From IMG/VR virus record IMGVR_UViG_3300021138_001350, positions 2,636-66,635 of that record: DNA of 64,000 bases; one strand, 5' to 3'. The stretch is from a virus. Its lineage: Duplodnaviria > Caudoviricetes. Made by a program: the position numbers and the translations under genes. A model generated the notes under the pieces. The model did not search any database. It was given only the letters and a program-made list of their open reading frames with translations, and was not told the DNA's origin. The first letter of the stretch is position 1. The number at the start of each line of letters is the position of its first letter. Positions 36,721 to 44,819 of this stretch are shown one piece after another.

Positions 36721-37224
36721 ATGAAAAAATTTCAACTTAACGATAAAGTAAAAGTACTTGATCACGAAGGTAGTATTAATCAAGTCGGTGACATCGGTAT
36801 CATTACAGAAATTGGTGCACATAACGATTATAGGGTTACTGTTAAAGATCGAGTAAACATGGGAAATTGGATATCTGAAAATGCTCTTGAATTGGTCGAA
36901 GCAGCATCACAAGAATTTACTGGATCTGACGTGACACCGAGCAATGCTAAACACGAGGCCTCTCAAATGGTTCTTGACGCATTAGCTGACGTTGACCAGA
37001 GCTATATAAAAGCTCTTGAGATAGCCATATTCACAGTTGAACAGATTATTAAAGCAATTCCTCCTGACGTGATTGATGAGCACTGGAGCTCTAACCAAGA
37101 ACTAAGACACTGGGACAGAGTGCGATTGGAATTAAAAAAGATGCAGATACAGAGCAAGTACATAAGGCTTGGTATGCATCAGATGGAGATAATGCATTTT
37201 TCACTATTACAGACAGTAGTTTAA
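36721..37224 (+). CDS. mosaic hypothetical protein; possible -1 frameshift extension to 37376 (DUF551)
   Basis: FQLNDKVKV module plus PKEKA-like module; A_AAA_AAG at 37134-37140. Confidence 0.65.
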   Translation: MKKFQLNDKVKVLDHEGSINQVGDIGIITEIGAHNDYRVTVKDRVNMGNWISENALELVEAASQEFTGSDVTPSNAKHEASQMVLDALADVDQSYIKALEIAIFTVEQIIKAIPPDVIDEHWSSNQELRHWDRVRLELKKMQIQSKYIRLGMHQMEIMHFSLLQTVV

Positions 37225-37431
37225 TTCTACCTAACCCAACCCATTGGATGCCACTACCACAAGCACCTTCTATTTGGAATAATGACGAAGAATTTTCTAA
37301 TAACGGAAGTATGAAAAGTAATCTTAGACTAATGGCTTTCAATACTGCTAAAGCATGGTTAGAACTACAATCATGACACTCCAAGACAAATACAATCACC
37401 TCCTCATCCTTACTAAAAAAATTATTATAAC

Positions 37432-37629
37432 ATGAAAAAATTTAAATCATTACTAGTCACTCTACTAACAGTAGTGTGCTTCTTTTTATTCGAAATTTTG
37501 ATCATTACTTATTCCACGATTGGACTATTTTTGATTGTGGTGTTAATAATCGCAACATTAATTTACGGTGGATATCTAGTATTTAAAGATTACGTAGAAC
37601 AAAAAAATAGTAGATCACTCAAAAATTAA
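37432..37629 (+). CDS. membrane protein
   Basis: Two TM helices. Confidence 0.6.
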   Translation: MKKFKSLLVTLLTVVCFFLFEILIITYSTIGLFLIVVLIIATLIYGGYLVFKDYVEQKNSRSLKN

Positions 37630-37680
37630 ATAACATTCGTATAATCAAATCAATTATATTTAATCAAACAAATAATAAAA

Positions 37681-37878
37681 ATGGCACAAATTATCAGTTA
37701 TCACGTTTTGACTGCAGCTAGTGGAGATGCATTAGCAGCATCAGTACAAAGCGCAGTACAATCAGATTGGCAACCTTTTGGATCTGTATCTGTAGCAGCA
37801 TTAAAAGATGGAAGCTTAGTGTATGCACAAGCGATCATTCAAGCTTTACCAGAGGTACCAAAAATACCAGTTCAGTAA
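37681..37878 (+). CDS. DUF1737-like protein
   Basis: L...V......WQPFGSVS......YAQAI. Confidence 0.7.
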   Translation: MAQIISYHVLTAASGDALAASVQSAVQSDWQPFGSVSVAALKDGSLVYAQAIIQALPEVPKIPVQ

Positions 37879-37891
37879 GAATTAATTAATT

Positions 37892-37918
37892 GGGCTAGAG
37901 AATTCTCTGGCCCTTTTT
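37892..37918 (+). terminator. intrinsic terminator
   Basis: GGGCTAGAG-aatt-CTCTGGCCC-TTTTT. Confidence 0.8.
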
Positions 37919-37941
37919 ATGTAAATTAAAAAATTAAAAAT

Positions 37942-38238
37942 ATGAGAAAACAAAGCGGTTATTCAGAATTAACAAAAAGCGGTAAAGGTAACAAAAGCTT
38001 GAGTGTGTTCTACAAAAACGGAACATTTTCCAATAAAATTGGAATGTATCAAGGAAAACCCAGTATCTATAAACCAACTGCGTACATTAAATCTTTACCT
38101 TTGGAAACAATTAAAACAATCATAATTAACGAAACAGGAGAAATTATTTGGGCTGTTACATCTTCGATAGTGTATAATGATAAAAATTTTAAATTTGAAA
38201 GCTTAAATCAACGTGGATATGCATCTATGTCACATTAA
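37942..38238 (+). CDS. hypothetical protein
   Basis: ORF. Confidence 0.6.
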   Translation: MRKQSGYSELTKSGKGNKSLSVFYKNGTFSNKIGMYQGKPSIYKPTAYIKSLPLETIKTIIINETGEIIWAVTSSIVYNDKNFKFESLNQRGYASMSH

Positions 38239-38248
38239 AATTAAAAAT

Positions 38249-38401
38249 ATGAAAAAAATTATTGTATTAATTAGTCTAATTATGTTCATACAATCATGCG
38301 TAATTACAACATATAGACATTGCCCAACAAATGATAAAGACTACTTTAGAAAAATGGAAGGTATAAAAAAACAACATTACAAATTTAACCAACCGGATTA
38401 A
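38249..38401 (+). CDS. small lipoprotein
   Basis: MKKIIVLISLIMFIQSC lipobox. Confidence 0.6.
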   Translation: MKKIIVLISLIMFIQSCVITTYRHCPTNDKDYFRKMEGIKKQHYKFNQPD

Positions 38402-38403
38402 TT

Positions 38404-38610
38404 ATGGAATTGCAAGTATTACATGATGAAGTACCACTTATTGGTAGAACTCTAGAAGAACAAGAACAAATAGAGTTAATTCTTGTAGAAGCTAGTGCAT
38501 GGGGTCTTAAGTGGGAAGTAGAAACTTTTGCAAAGAAATTCTTATTTGATGGGGAAACAGAAGATCCTGTAATAGCCACAATTTGGGCCTTTGAAGATTG
38601 GATTAAATAG
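38404..38610 (+). CDS. hypothetical protein
   Basis: IL.EASAWGLKWEV...AFEDWIK. Confidence 0.7.
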   Translation: MELQVLHDEVPLIGRTLEEQEQIELILVEASAWGLKWEVETFAKKFLFDGETEDPVIATIWAFEDWIK

Positions 38611-38646
38611 AATTATCCGCATATTTATAGGTACAAATAAACTCAA

Positions 38647-38874
38647 ATGCAAGGATCTTACGATTTACAAAAGTGGTTAATGAGAGAGTATGCTAATGAT
38701 AGTATAGACTTTTCTCCTCAAGGAATGGCGAATCAGTGCATTGAATTTGTTGAAGACATGGAGAATCGTATTGCAGAAATGCAAATAGATCAAGAATTTA
38801 AGGGAGAGTTACACACAAATTTAGAATCTTTAAGAAAGAAACTAAATGATCTAGTATCAGGGCTAAACAATTAA
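38647..38874 (+). CDS. hypothetical late protein
   Basis: ATATTTAT upstream (38621); N-terminal YDLQKWLMRE. Confidence 0.65.
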   Translation: MQGSYDLQKWLMREYANDSIDFSPQGMANQCIEFVEDMENRIAEMQIDQEFKGELHTNLESLRKKLNDLVSGLNN

Positions 38875-38901
38875 TATTTATTATTATACACAAATATCAA
38901 T

Positions 38902-39717
38902 ATGTCACAAGATCAATTCAACATTAAGAAATTTCTAAAAGAAAACCAGAGTGGTCCTTACGGAGTAATTAAAAAAACCTCGACTAAGAAAAAATCTAAT
39001 AGATCTCTCAATGAGAACTATATAGATTTAATGCCAGTTGGGGGTGGAAACACTTTCAAAGGGTATACCAATGATCTAAGAGAAGATGAAACTTATTTAG
39101 GCCCTAAAAAACCAGCTCCTAATAAAATTTATGCAGAACCTGAGGCAGACCACGAACAAGAGGTTAAAGATAACGCTTGGATGCATGATATAGATGGAGA
39201 ACAAGTTGGAGAATTCATAGTTAACTATGAGTATCCAGGAATCATCACTTGGGACAAGCAAGGTGCAGATCAAGATATGTTCTTCGCTGCGACTCCTAAA
39301 TGGGATAATCAACCAGGTACTCCCATAGAAGCTATTTTTGCAGAAAGAAATCCAGATCAAGAAATGATCTACTCGGAAAAACAAGACGAATTTGGATCTT
39401 TTGAAGAGTACGCAGAAACAATATATCCAATTATTAAAAAATGGATGGATCAAAATAGTCATGAAGAAATGGATGAAGACTATAAACATTCTGACTTATC
39501 TCAAGATGGTACTGGTGCATTAAGCGGTATAAAGGGTGTTATACATCCTGACGATTTAGAAGAATTTGATGCAGAAGAACCGGGATACGATGATGAGATT
39601 CCATATCATGATCGCTTTTGGGAAGTTGGAGGAAGAGAAATTTCACGTGCAGTAGAAAATTTATTAGATGATGGTTTTCATATGAATGATATTATAGAGT
39701 TCATTAAACAAATGTAA
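38902..39717 (+). CDS. acidic protein, putative internal head protein
   Basis: ATATTTAT upstream (38874); FNIKKFLKEN, SLNE, LRE sites. Confidence 0.65.
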   Translation: MSQDQFNIKKFLKENQSGPYGVIKKTSTKKKSNRSLNENYIDLMPVGGGNTFKGYTNDLREDETYLGPKKPAPNKIYAEPEADHEQEVKDNAWMHDIDGEQVGEFIVNYEYPGIITWDKQGADQDMFFAATPKWDNQPGTPIEAIFAERNPDQEMIYSEKQDEFGSFEEYAETIYPIIKKWMDQNSHEEMDEDYKHSDLSQDGTGALSGIKGVIHPDDLEEFDAEEPGYDDEIPYHDRFWEVGGREISRAVENLLDDGFHMNDIIEFIKQM

Positions 39718-39719
39718 TC

Positions 39720-40121
39720 TTGAAAAATAACTTTGACATCGTAAAATACATCACAGAACAAAAATTTGGTGCTACGTTTAAATACGATGAAAAAGGCGGT
39801 AATACTTACGACAATGATTACGCATCTAAGTATTACATAATGGAGGCCGACCCAGAATGGGACAGAGTAGATTACGATAAAGCCGACGTTATGATAAGGG
39901 GTGAGTTCTGGCAGGAAGGCGGAGCAAGACTGTACGATGTTATATGTAAATTAGTAGATGCTGGCCATAGTGACAGGACTATCAAGAAACACTGTATAGA
40001 AACAGTTCATGCTATAGAGAAAAAGGTAAAAGATCCTCAAGCAGACGGTAACCTACAAGATGGTCCGGAAGCTTTATTAACAATGTATATAAATAACGCA
40101 AAACAAAAACATCACAGGTAA
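39720..40121 (+). CDS. putative internal head protein
   Basis: TTG start; FDIVKYITEQ; FW..GG module shared with 38902. Confidence 0.6.
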   Translation: MKNNFDIVKYITEQKFGATFKYDEKGGNTYDNDYASKYYIMEADPEWDRVDYDKADVMIRGEFWQEGGARLYDVICKLVDAGHSDRTIKKHCIETVHAIEKKVKDPQADGNLQDGPEALLTMYINNAKQKHHR

Positions 40122-40122
40122 A

Positions 40123-40377
40123 ATGAAAAAGAACATCACATTAAAAAGTCTATTAGAAGAATTTCCTGTAAAAAAAGAAAGCAGTATTCAAACAACCAAA
40201 CGTTTTAAAGACGACGGAGAAAATTTTCCTGTTACTTATCGTGGATTGGAAAATACAAAAGGTGGTCAGCAAATTGAATCTGGTGTATTCGACATATTAA
40301 GATCAGGTAAAGGCTCTGAACAAGAAATCTTAAACCTTGTTAAAAAAGCTTTTATAAGATACAAGAAAGAATATTAA
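40123..40377 (+). CDS. putative internal head protein
   Basis: ITLKSLLEE N-terminus. Confidence 0.6.
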   Translation: MKKNITLKSLLEEFPVKKESSIQTTKRFKDDGENFPVTYRGLENTKGGQQIESGVFDILRSGKGSEQEILNLVKKAFIRYKKEY

Positions 40378-40405
40378 TTCGTAATCATACATGTTCAAAA
40401 TGCTT

Positions 40406-40434
40406 AAAGCCTCGGCTAGTCACCGGGGTTTTTT
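40406..40434 (+). terminator. intrinsic terminator
   Basis: AAAGCCTCGG...CCGGGGTTTT plus T run. Confidence 0.7.
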
Positions 40435-40503
40435 CTTGCTATAACATGAAAGATATATTGTTTTAAATCACCAAAATTTTTTACATTTATATAAATAAAA
40501 GTT

Positions 40504-40851
40504 ATGTTAAGACCTTATGTAATATATTATCTTCATTATAAAGATGATCGATTTTTTATTAATAATTGGAATATTTGCAGAGATTATGTTTGTTGTGTAG
40601 AAGCAGAATCTTTAGAACAAGCAATAGAAAAAACAAAAGAAATAGCGCTAAAACAAGAAGGATCTTCATACATTAAAATTTTAGGATTTGGACATGCAAA
40701 ACAAGAATGGGTTGACAATACAAGTCCCCTTAAATCAGACCCAGAATATTATACTCAAGCCGTTGAAGAAACTTTCAAGAAGATCGCTGCTCAAGAAATT
40801 ACAACCTTCTCACATAAACAAGAAAAGAAAAATTACCGATATGGAATCTAA
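40504..40851 (+). CDS. hypothetical protein
   Basis: AAAGTTATG start; VEAESLEQAIEK motif. Confidence 0.7.
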   Translation: MLRPYVIYYLHYKDDRFFINNWNICRDYVCCVEAESLEQAIEKTKEIALKQEGSSYIKILGFGHAKQEWVDNTSPLKSDPEYYTQAVEETFKKIAAQEITTFSHKQEKKNYRYGI

Positions 40852-42010
40852 ACCAAATAAATTTATTACACCAACAAAATATTATGATGAATTTCTTAGA
40901 TATTTTAAAATGGCAACGATACAACAAGCTGAGTGTAATTTAGGTATTATTAAACACGCGGATACATCTATTCAAGATGATTTAATGAAGCATGTTGAAT
41001 TATATGATGTTGTTGAAAGAAAGTATGCTGGATTCTCTCAGATTATAAATGATGTATTCTATGGATATAGTGAAGATCATCCTTATTTTCATAAAATGCA
41101 AGCTGGAATAATGACTCCACAAAGAAAACAAATTACAGAACAGTGGACTGGGAAACAGAAAATTTTTAATTTAGAAGATTGGTTGTATCTATTTCTATTT
41201 CATAGGATAACTGGATCAGGAATTCATTATGCGAAGAAACCATCAGGATATTACAACACTTTGTTAACTGATATGTACGAGGCTCAAAATACTAAAGATA
41301 TGACAGAAGTTATTAAAGCTGCATCTAGACCATTTTATACGTCTGTTGGTTATCAATTTCCTAGTTTTCCAAAACCTATAGAAAGTTATAAAAGAGGTGG
41401 TGATTATTATTTATGCGAATTCGCTCCAAGACTTTGTCAAGATATAGCTAAATTTTTAGAATCAGGTGAGAAAAAGAAATTAAGGGAAGTAGGAGATTTC
41501 ATGTTTAAATGGAATTATGATAATGGATTAAGAGCTTATAGATTTCAATATGCTGCATTTATTGCTGATATTGCAGATTGGTTCCCAGATTTTGTAGATA
41601 GAGAAAGTTCATTTTACTATGGTAAAAATGCAAAAGAGTGTATTAGTTATTTAGCTACTAAATCATCTAAGATGGATGAGCTAACTTTCTTAGATCTTAC
41701 AATGAAAAAAATTTATGATGATACTGGTAGTTTTCCATATAATGCTGAAGATATTGCTTGTGATTTTATTAGATGGATTGAAAATTATGTTCGTCCAGGA
41801 CATGACTATGATCATTTAGATTTTGACCATGTTTGGAATAGCTCTTCTATTAAAGATCACCCTTACGGTAGACAAAAAGCAATGCTAGATCTTGGTTTGG
41901 TACCAAGCTTTAACGGTATGTCAGCGCACCCATCCGACGATAAAGTGATTAAATCTTTGCTAATTACAGAAGAACAATACAAAGAAAAAGTAAACGAACT
42001 ATACAAATAA
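40841..42010 (+). CDS. aGPT-Pplase1 / amino-acid:DNA-transferase-like DNA base modification protein
   Basis: YDVVERK, LFLFHRITGS, FYTSVGYQ, FQYAAFIADIA...YYGKNA..CI, AEDIACDFIRW; ATG at 40841 is the likely start. Confidence 0.6.
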   Translation: MESKPNKFITPTKYYDEFLRYFKMATIQQAECNLGIIKHADTSIQDDLMKHVELYDVVERKYAGFSQIINDVFYGYSEDHPYFHKMQAGIMTPQRKQITEQWTGKQKIFNLEDWLYLFLFHRITGSGIHYAKKPSGYYNTLLTDMYEAQNTKDMTEVIKAASRPFYTSVGYQFPSFPKPIESYKRGGDYYLCEFAPRLCQDIAKFLESGEKKKLREVGDFMFKWNYDNGLRAYRFQYAAFIADIADWFPDFVDRESSFYYGKNAKECISYLATKSSKMDELTFLDLTMKKIYDDTGSFPYNAEDIACDFIRWIENYVRPGHDYDHLDFDHVWNSSSIKDHPYGRQKAMLDLGLVPSFNGMSAHPSDDKVIKSLLITEEQYKEKVNELYK

Positions 42011-42011
42011 T

Positions 42012-43013
42012 ATGAGTGATATACTATATCCATCGACTTGCGAAGTAGAATTCAAAGGTAAAAAACCTATAGATTCTTGGATGAAAGACTGGTCTTTGGA
42101 ACAAAGAATTGAAAAGTTCTTTGAATTCTGTCAAAAATTTGATCAAAGAGACGATGGTTTATTGAAAGATGAATATCAAATTTTTAGTCATAGATTATTA
42201 TGGGCTGAGCATCCCTACTGCACTGTGATGCAGCAAGTTACAGACAACGAATTAAGAATGTTTTATACCCTTGTTTTTAGTTTTACTAACGAACATTGGG
42301 GAACTTTCATGAAACTAAAAAATGAAGGTATTGAAGCCACAAGACAACATTTTACGCAAAACAGACACGCAAGAAACGATCTATTTCAAATCTATTATCC
42401 AAAGGGAACTAACGTAAAAGATTGGATTTTGGATGGCCCTGCAAAAGCAGCCAAAGATCTTGCTTACCTTTTACAGGACATAGAAAATGGAAATAATTCA
42501 ACACCGTGGACAATGATGGGATTCGCTAAAATACTTGAAGCTTATTTTAAAAAGCACCAAGGATTTAGAAGTCCTTTGTATCCTTGTAAAAATACGGCTA
42601 GATACATTGCAATGAGTTATCCACATCTAGTGGACCCAGAATCAATTCTTTTCGGTGGTACAGGCCATTTTGATGGACTACATCAAATCTTCGGTGGACA
42701 GAATTTAAACGGGAAAGTTAAATATCTTATAAGTGAAAATGGGGAGTTTATCTCTCAGAACAAATACGCAGACCAATGGTTATATCAGATGGATCTATTA
42801 GTCAATCACCCTTTAAACCCCATGACTTCCCAGAAGTATCTGAACATAGAAGATAAAAGCTGCCTATGGTGGAAACATGTAGCAATAAATCATGGCGCAA
42901 AAAAACCAACCAAACAAATTCCTTATACTTGGATTTTTCCCGATACGTTTAATTTATCTAATAGACCGGAATTTTTAGATGAGGTAAAACATAAAGGTTT
43001 AATGTATGAATAA
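42012..43013 (+). CDS. second, divergent aGPT-Pplase-like protein
   Basis: FFEFC....D.LL..YQIFSHR, YIAMSYPHLVDPES...GTGHFDGLHQIF, NIEDKSCLWWK parallel the upstream gene. Confidence 0.55.
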   Translation: MSDILYPSTCEVEFKGKKPIDSWMKDWSLEQRIEKFFEFCQKFDQRDDGLLKDEYQIFSHRLLWAEHPYCTVMQQVTDNELRMFYTLVFSFTNEHWGTFMKLKNEGIEATRQHFTQNRHARNDLFQIYYPKGTNVKDWILDGPAKAAKDLAYLLQDIENGNNSTPWTMMGFAKILEAYFKKHQGFRSPLYPCKNTARYIAMSYPHLVDPESILFGGTGHFDGLHQIFGGQNLNGKVKYLISENGEFISQNKYADQWLYQMDLLVNHPLNPMTSQKYLNIEDKSCLWWKHVAINHGAKKPTKQIPYTWIFPDTFNLSNRPEFLDEVKHKGLMYE

Positions 43014-43092
43014 TACTTGGATCTTACAATAAAGGCATCCAATACAGAAGTCTTATGTATTAATATGCATATTTATTAGTAAAATAATTACA

Positions 43093-43404
43093 GTGGCAAT
43101 AAAATTAACAGATCTTTTAAAAGAAGACAATACAGAAGAAAAAAATGTTTTTATAAAAGATGTTATGATATTAAATAAACTAGCTTTTAAGATTGCTGGA
43201 GTTATTGTGCAAACTAAAACAGGATTTACTGGATATCTAAAAAAATATTCATCAGGTACTTTACCTGCAACTGGATTTAGAAGTCAATCTTCTTTTCATG
43301 AATCTTATGGAGATACTCTATATAAAACAGAAAAACCGATAACTAAAAAAGAAGATTGTATTAAACAACTAGAATCAGCTGTTAATTCAATTAAAATTAA
43401 ATAA
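43093..43404 (+). CDS. putative internal head protein
   Basis: ATATTTAT upstream (43069); GTG start; MAIKLTDLLKED. Confidence 0.65.
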   Translation: MAIKLTDLLKEDNTEEKNVFIKDVMILNKLAFKIAGVIVQTKTGFTGYLKKYSSGTLPATGFRSQSSFHESYGDTLYKTEKPITKKEDCIKQLESAVNSIKIK

Positions 43405-43410
43405 GTAAAA

Positions 43411-43626
43411 ATGGCAATAAAATTAGTAGATCTTTTAAAAGAAGATGATAATCATAAGCAAAAAATGATTATTTGGTTTAAAGATAGATGGAAAGATTAT
43501 TCAATTAGTAAATTAAAAAAGAAACTCGGGGAATTATATCAAGGTGATAAAGAGGCTTATTATTTAATTCCTATGTTAAAGACATTAATAAAAGATAAAC
43601 AAAAAAACTTAAATGGAGCTCTTTAG
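43411..43626 (+). CDS. putative internal head protein
   Basis: MAIKLVDLLKED, unrelated downstream sequence. Confidence 0.65.
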   Translation: MAIKLVDLLKEDDNHKQKMIIWFKDRWKDYSISKLKKKLGELYQGDKEAYYLIPMLKTLIKDKQKNLNGAL

Positions 43627-43644
43627 AAGCTCCTTTTCTTTTTT
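43615..43644 (+). terminator. terminator at the convergence of + and - strand gene blocks
   Basis: GGAGCT...AGCTCC plus T-rich tail. Confidence 0.55.
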
Positions 43645-43665
43645 CTATATATTCAATTACAATTT

Positions 43666-44139
43666 CTATTCTTCATCGTCCTGTAAGTCCGGGACAGCGG
43701 GGGACACGTCTCTACGATAGAACTTTCCTAAAACATTTTCGTTATAGGAATCCACACTTAAAACTTCCATTACCATTTGATAATAGGTCTCCCAATAGCT
43801 CATTTGTTTTTTTGCGGTGCAGATCTTTAGTATCTCTCTAGTGAATGCGTCCTTACCCAAGAGTTTAATGTCTTCCATTACAAGTTTACTAGAACCGTAA
43901 TAATCTGTCCAATTACTTTCTTTTACTTCCTTTCTTTTCTTTGGAATCCTACCAGGTTTAACCCATTCGGAAATTTCTTTCTTGGTTAGTTTTTTGGTCA
44001 ATACATTCCTAAGGATCTTTTTACCGACGTAGAATTTGCCGGATTTTGTGTTAGTAACTTTATAAACAAAGCCAACTGCAGTATCGGGGAAGTCATTTAT
44101 TTTTGTGTACTCTTTCCCTTCGTGTAACCAATTTCCCAT
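43666..44139 (-). CDS. GIY-YIG domain protein
   Basis: GFVYKVTN..SGKFYVGKK...ESNWTDYYGSS...FTREIL...YNENV. Confidence 0.85.
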   Translation of the reverse strand: MGNWLHEGKEYTKINDFPDTAVGFVYKVTNTKSGKFYVGKKILRNVLTKKLTKKEISEWVKPGRIPKKRKEVKESNWTDYYGSSKLVMEDIKLLGKDAFTREILKICTAKKQMSYWETYYQMVMEVLSVDSYNENVLGKFYRRDVSPAVPDLQDDEE

Positions 44140-44161
44140 AGACTAATTTATTATAAATATC

Positions 44162-44413
44162 TTAACTATCCCAACGAATTAAATAATTTTTATTTATCCA
44201 ATTTCTAATAGTTTTTCTAGATACATTAAAATGATTAGCAGCAGATACAGTAGAATCAATAATTTCTTGCGTATCTATATTAGAGGAAGATCCTTGACCT
44301 CCCATACATTTTGGTATTATATGATGACCTTCATAATGTTTATCATCTCCTTTTAATCTTTTTTGAGACTTTGCATTTTTTATTATTTTATCATAAATTT
44401 TTTGATAATCCAT
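44162..44413 (-). pseudogene. internally deleted HNH homing endonuclease
   Basis: MDYQKIYDKII...EGHHIIPKCMGG joined directly to C-terminal HTH (SAANHFNVSRKTIRNW); rest of HNH absent. Confidence 0.7.
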
Positions 44414-44415
44414 AA

Positions 44416-44805
44416 TTAAGAATCATATCTAATGATAAATGTTATATCGGTATTAGAAGGAATTGGATACGGAGTCGCTAGTTTTCCAACTACTAGTAAT
44501 TCATTTTTTTCGTTATATAATCCAACGGTAGTTGCATAAGGCGTAAAGCTTGACCCAGTTACAGAATCTTGCATTTTACCCGATCTTATATAGTTATAAC
44601 TTCCTGTGAACCCTAATGGAGTAAAAAATGGACCCTGAGATCCAGAAATTATATAGGATCCTGTTGAAAAACTAGCGCTATTAAACATTGATGGATTCAA
44701 AGAATAATTAAAATCATTCTCTGATACATGACATCTTACTTCATTCTGATAGATTGTAGATTCAGCTGCTAGTGTAAGAGTAAAAGGTACGTATGAAAAT
44801 GCCAT
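44416..44805 (-). CDS. virion protein (C-terminal half of a 49566-like paralog)
   Basis: FNYSLNPS...TTVGLYNEKNELLVVGKLATP matches YNYSSNPT...TTIGLYNDNNDLVAVAKMSVP of 49566. Confidence 0.75.
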   Translation of the reverse strand: MAFSYVPFTLTLAAESTIYQNEVRCHVSENDFNYSLNPSMFNSASFSTGSYIISGSQGPFFTPLGFTGSYNYIRSGKMQDSVTGSSFTPYATTVGLYNEKNELLVVGKLATPYPIPSNTDITFIIRYDS

Positions 44806-44819
44806 GATTTAATTTTTTA

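Noticed and set aside
1925-39489. Many short - strand ORFs within the + strand early region
   Set aside because: Fully overlap better-supported + strand genes and lack the start context or any motif
40688-40840. N-terminal extension of the 440-aa ORF
   Set aside because: TTG start overlaps ORF 40504 by about 160 nt; ATG at 40841 fits operon coupling
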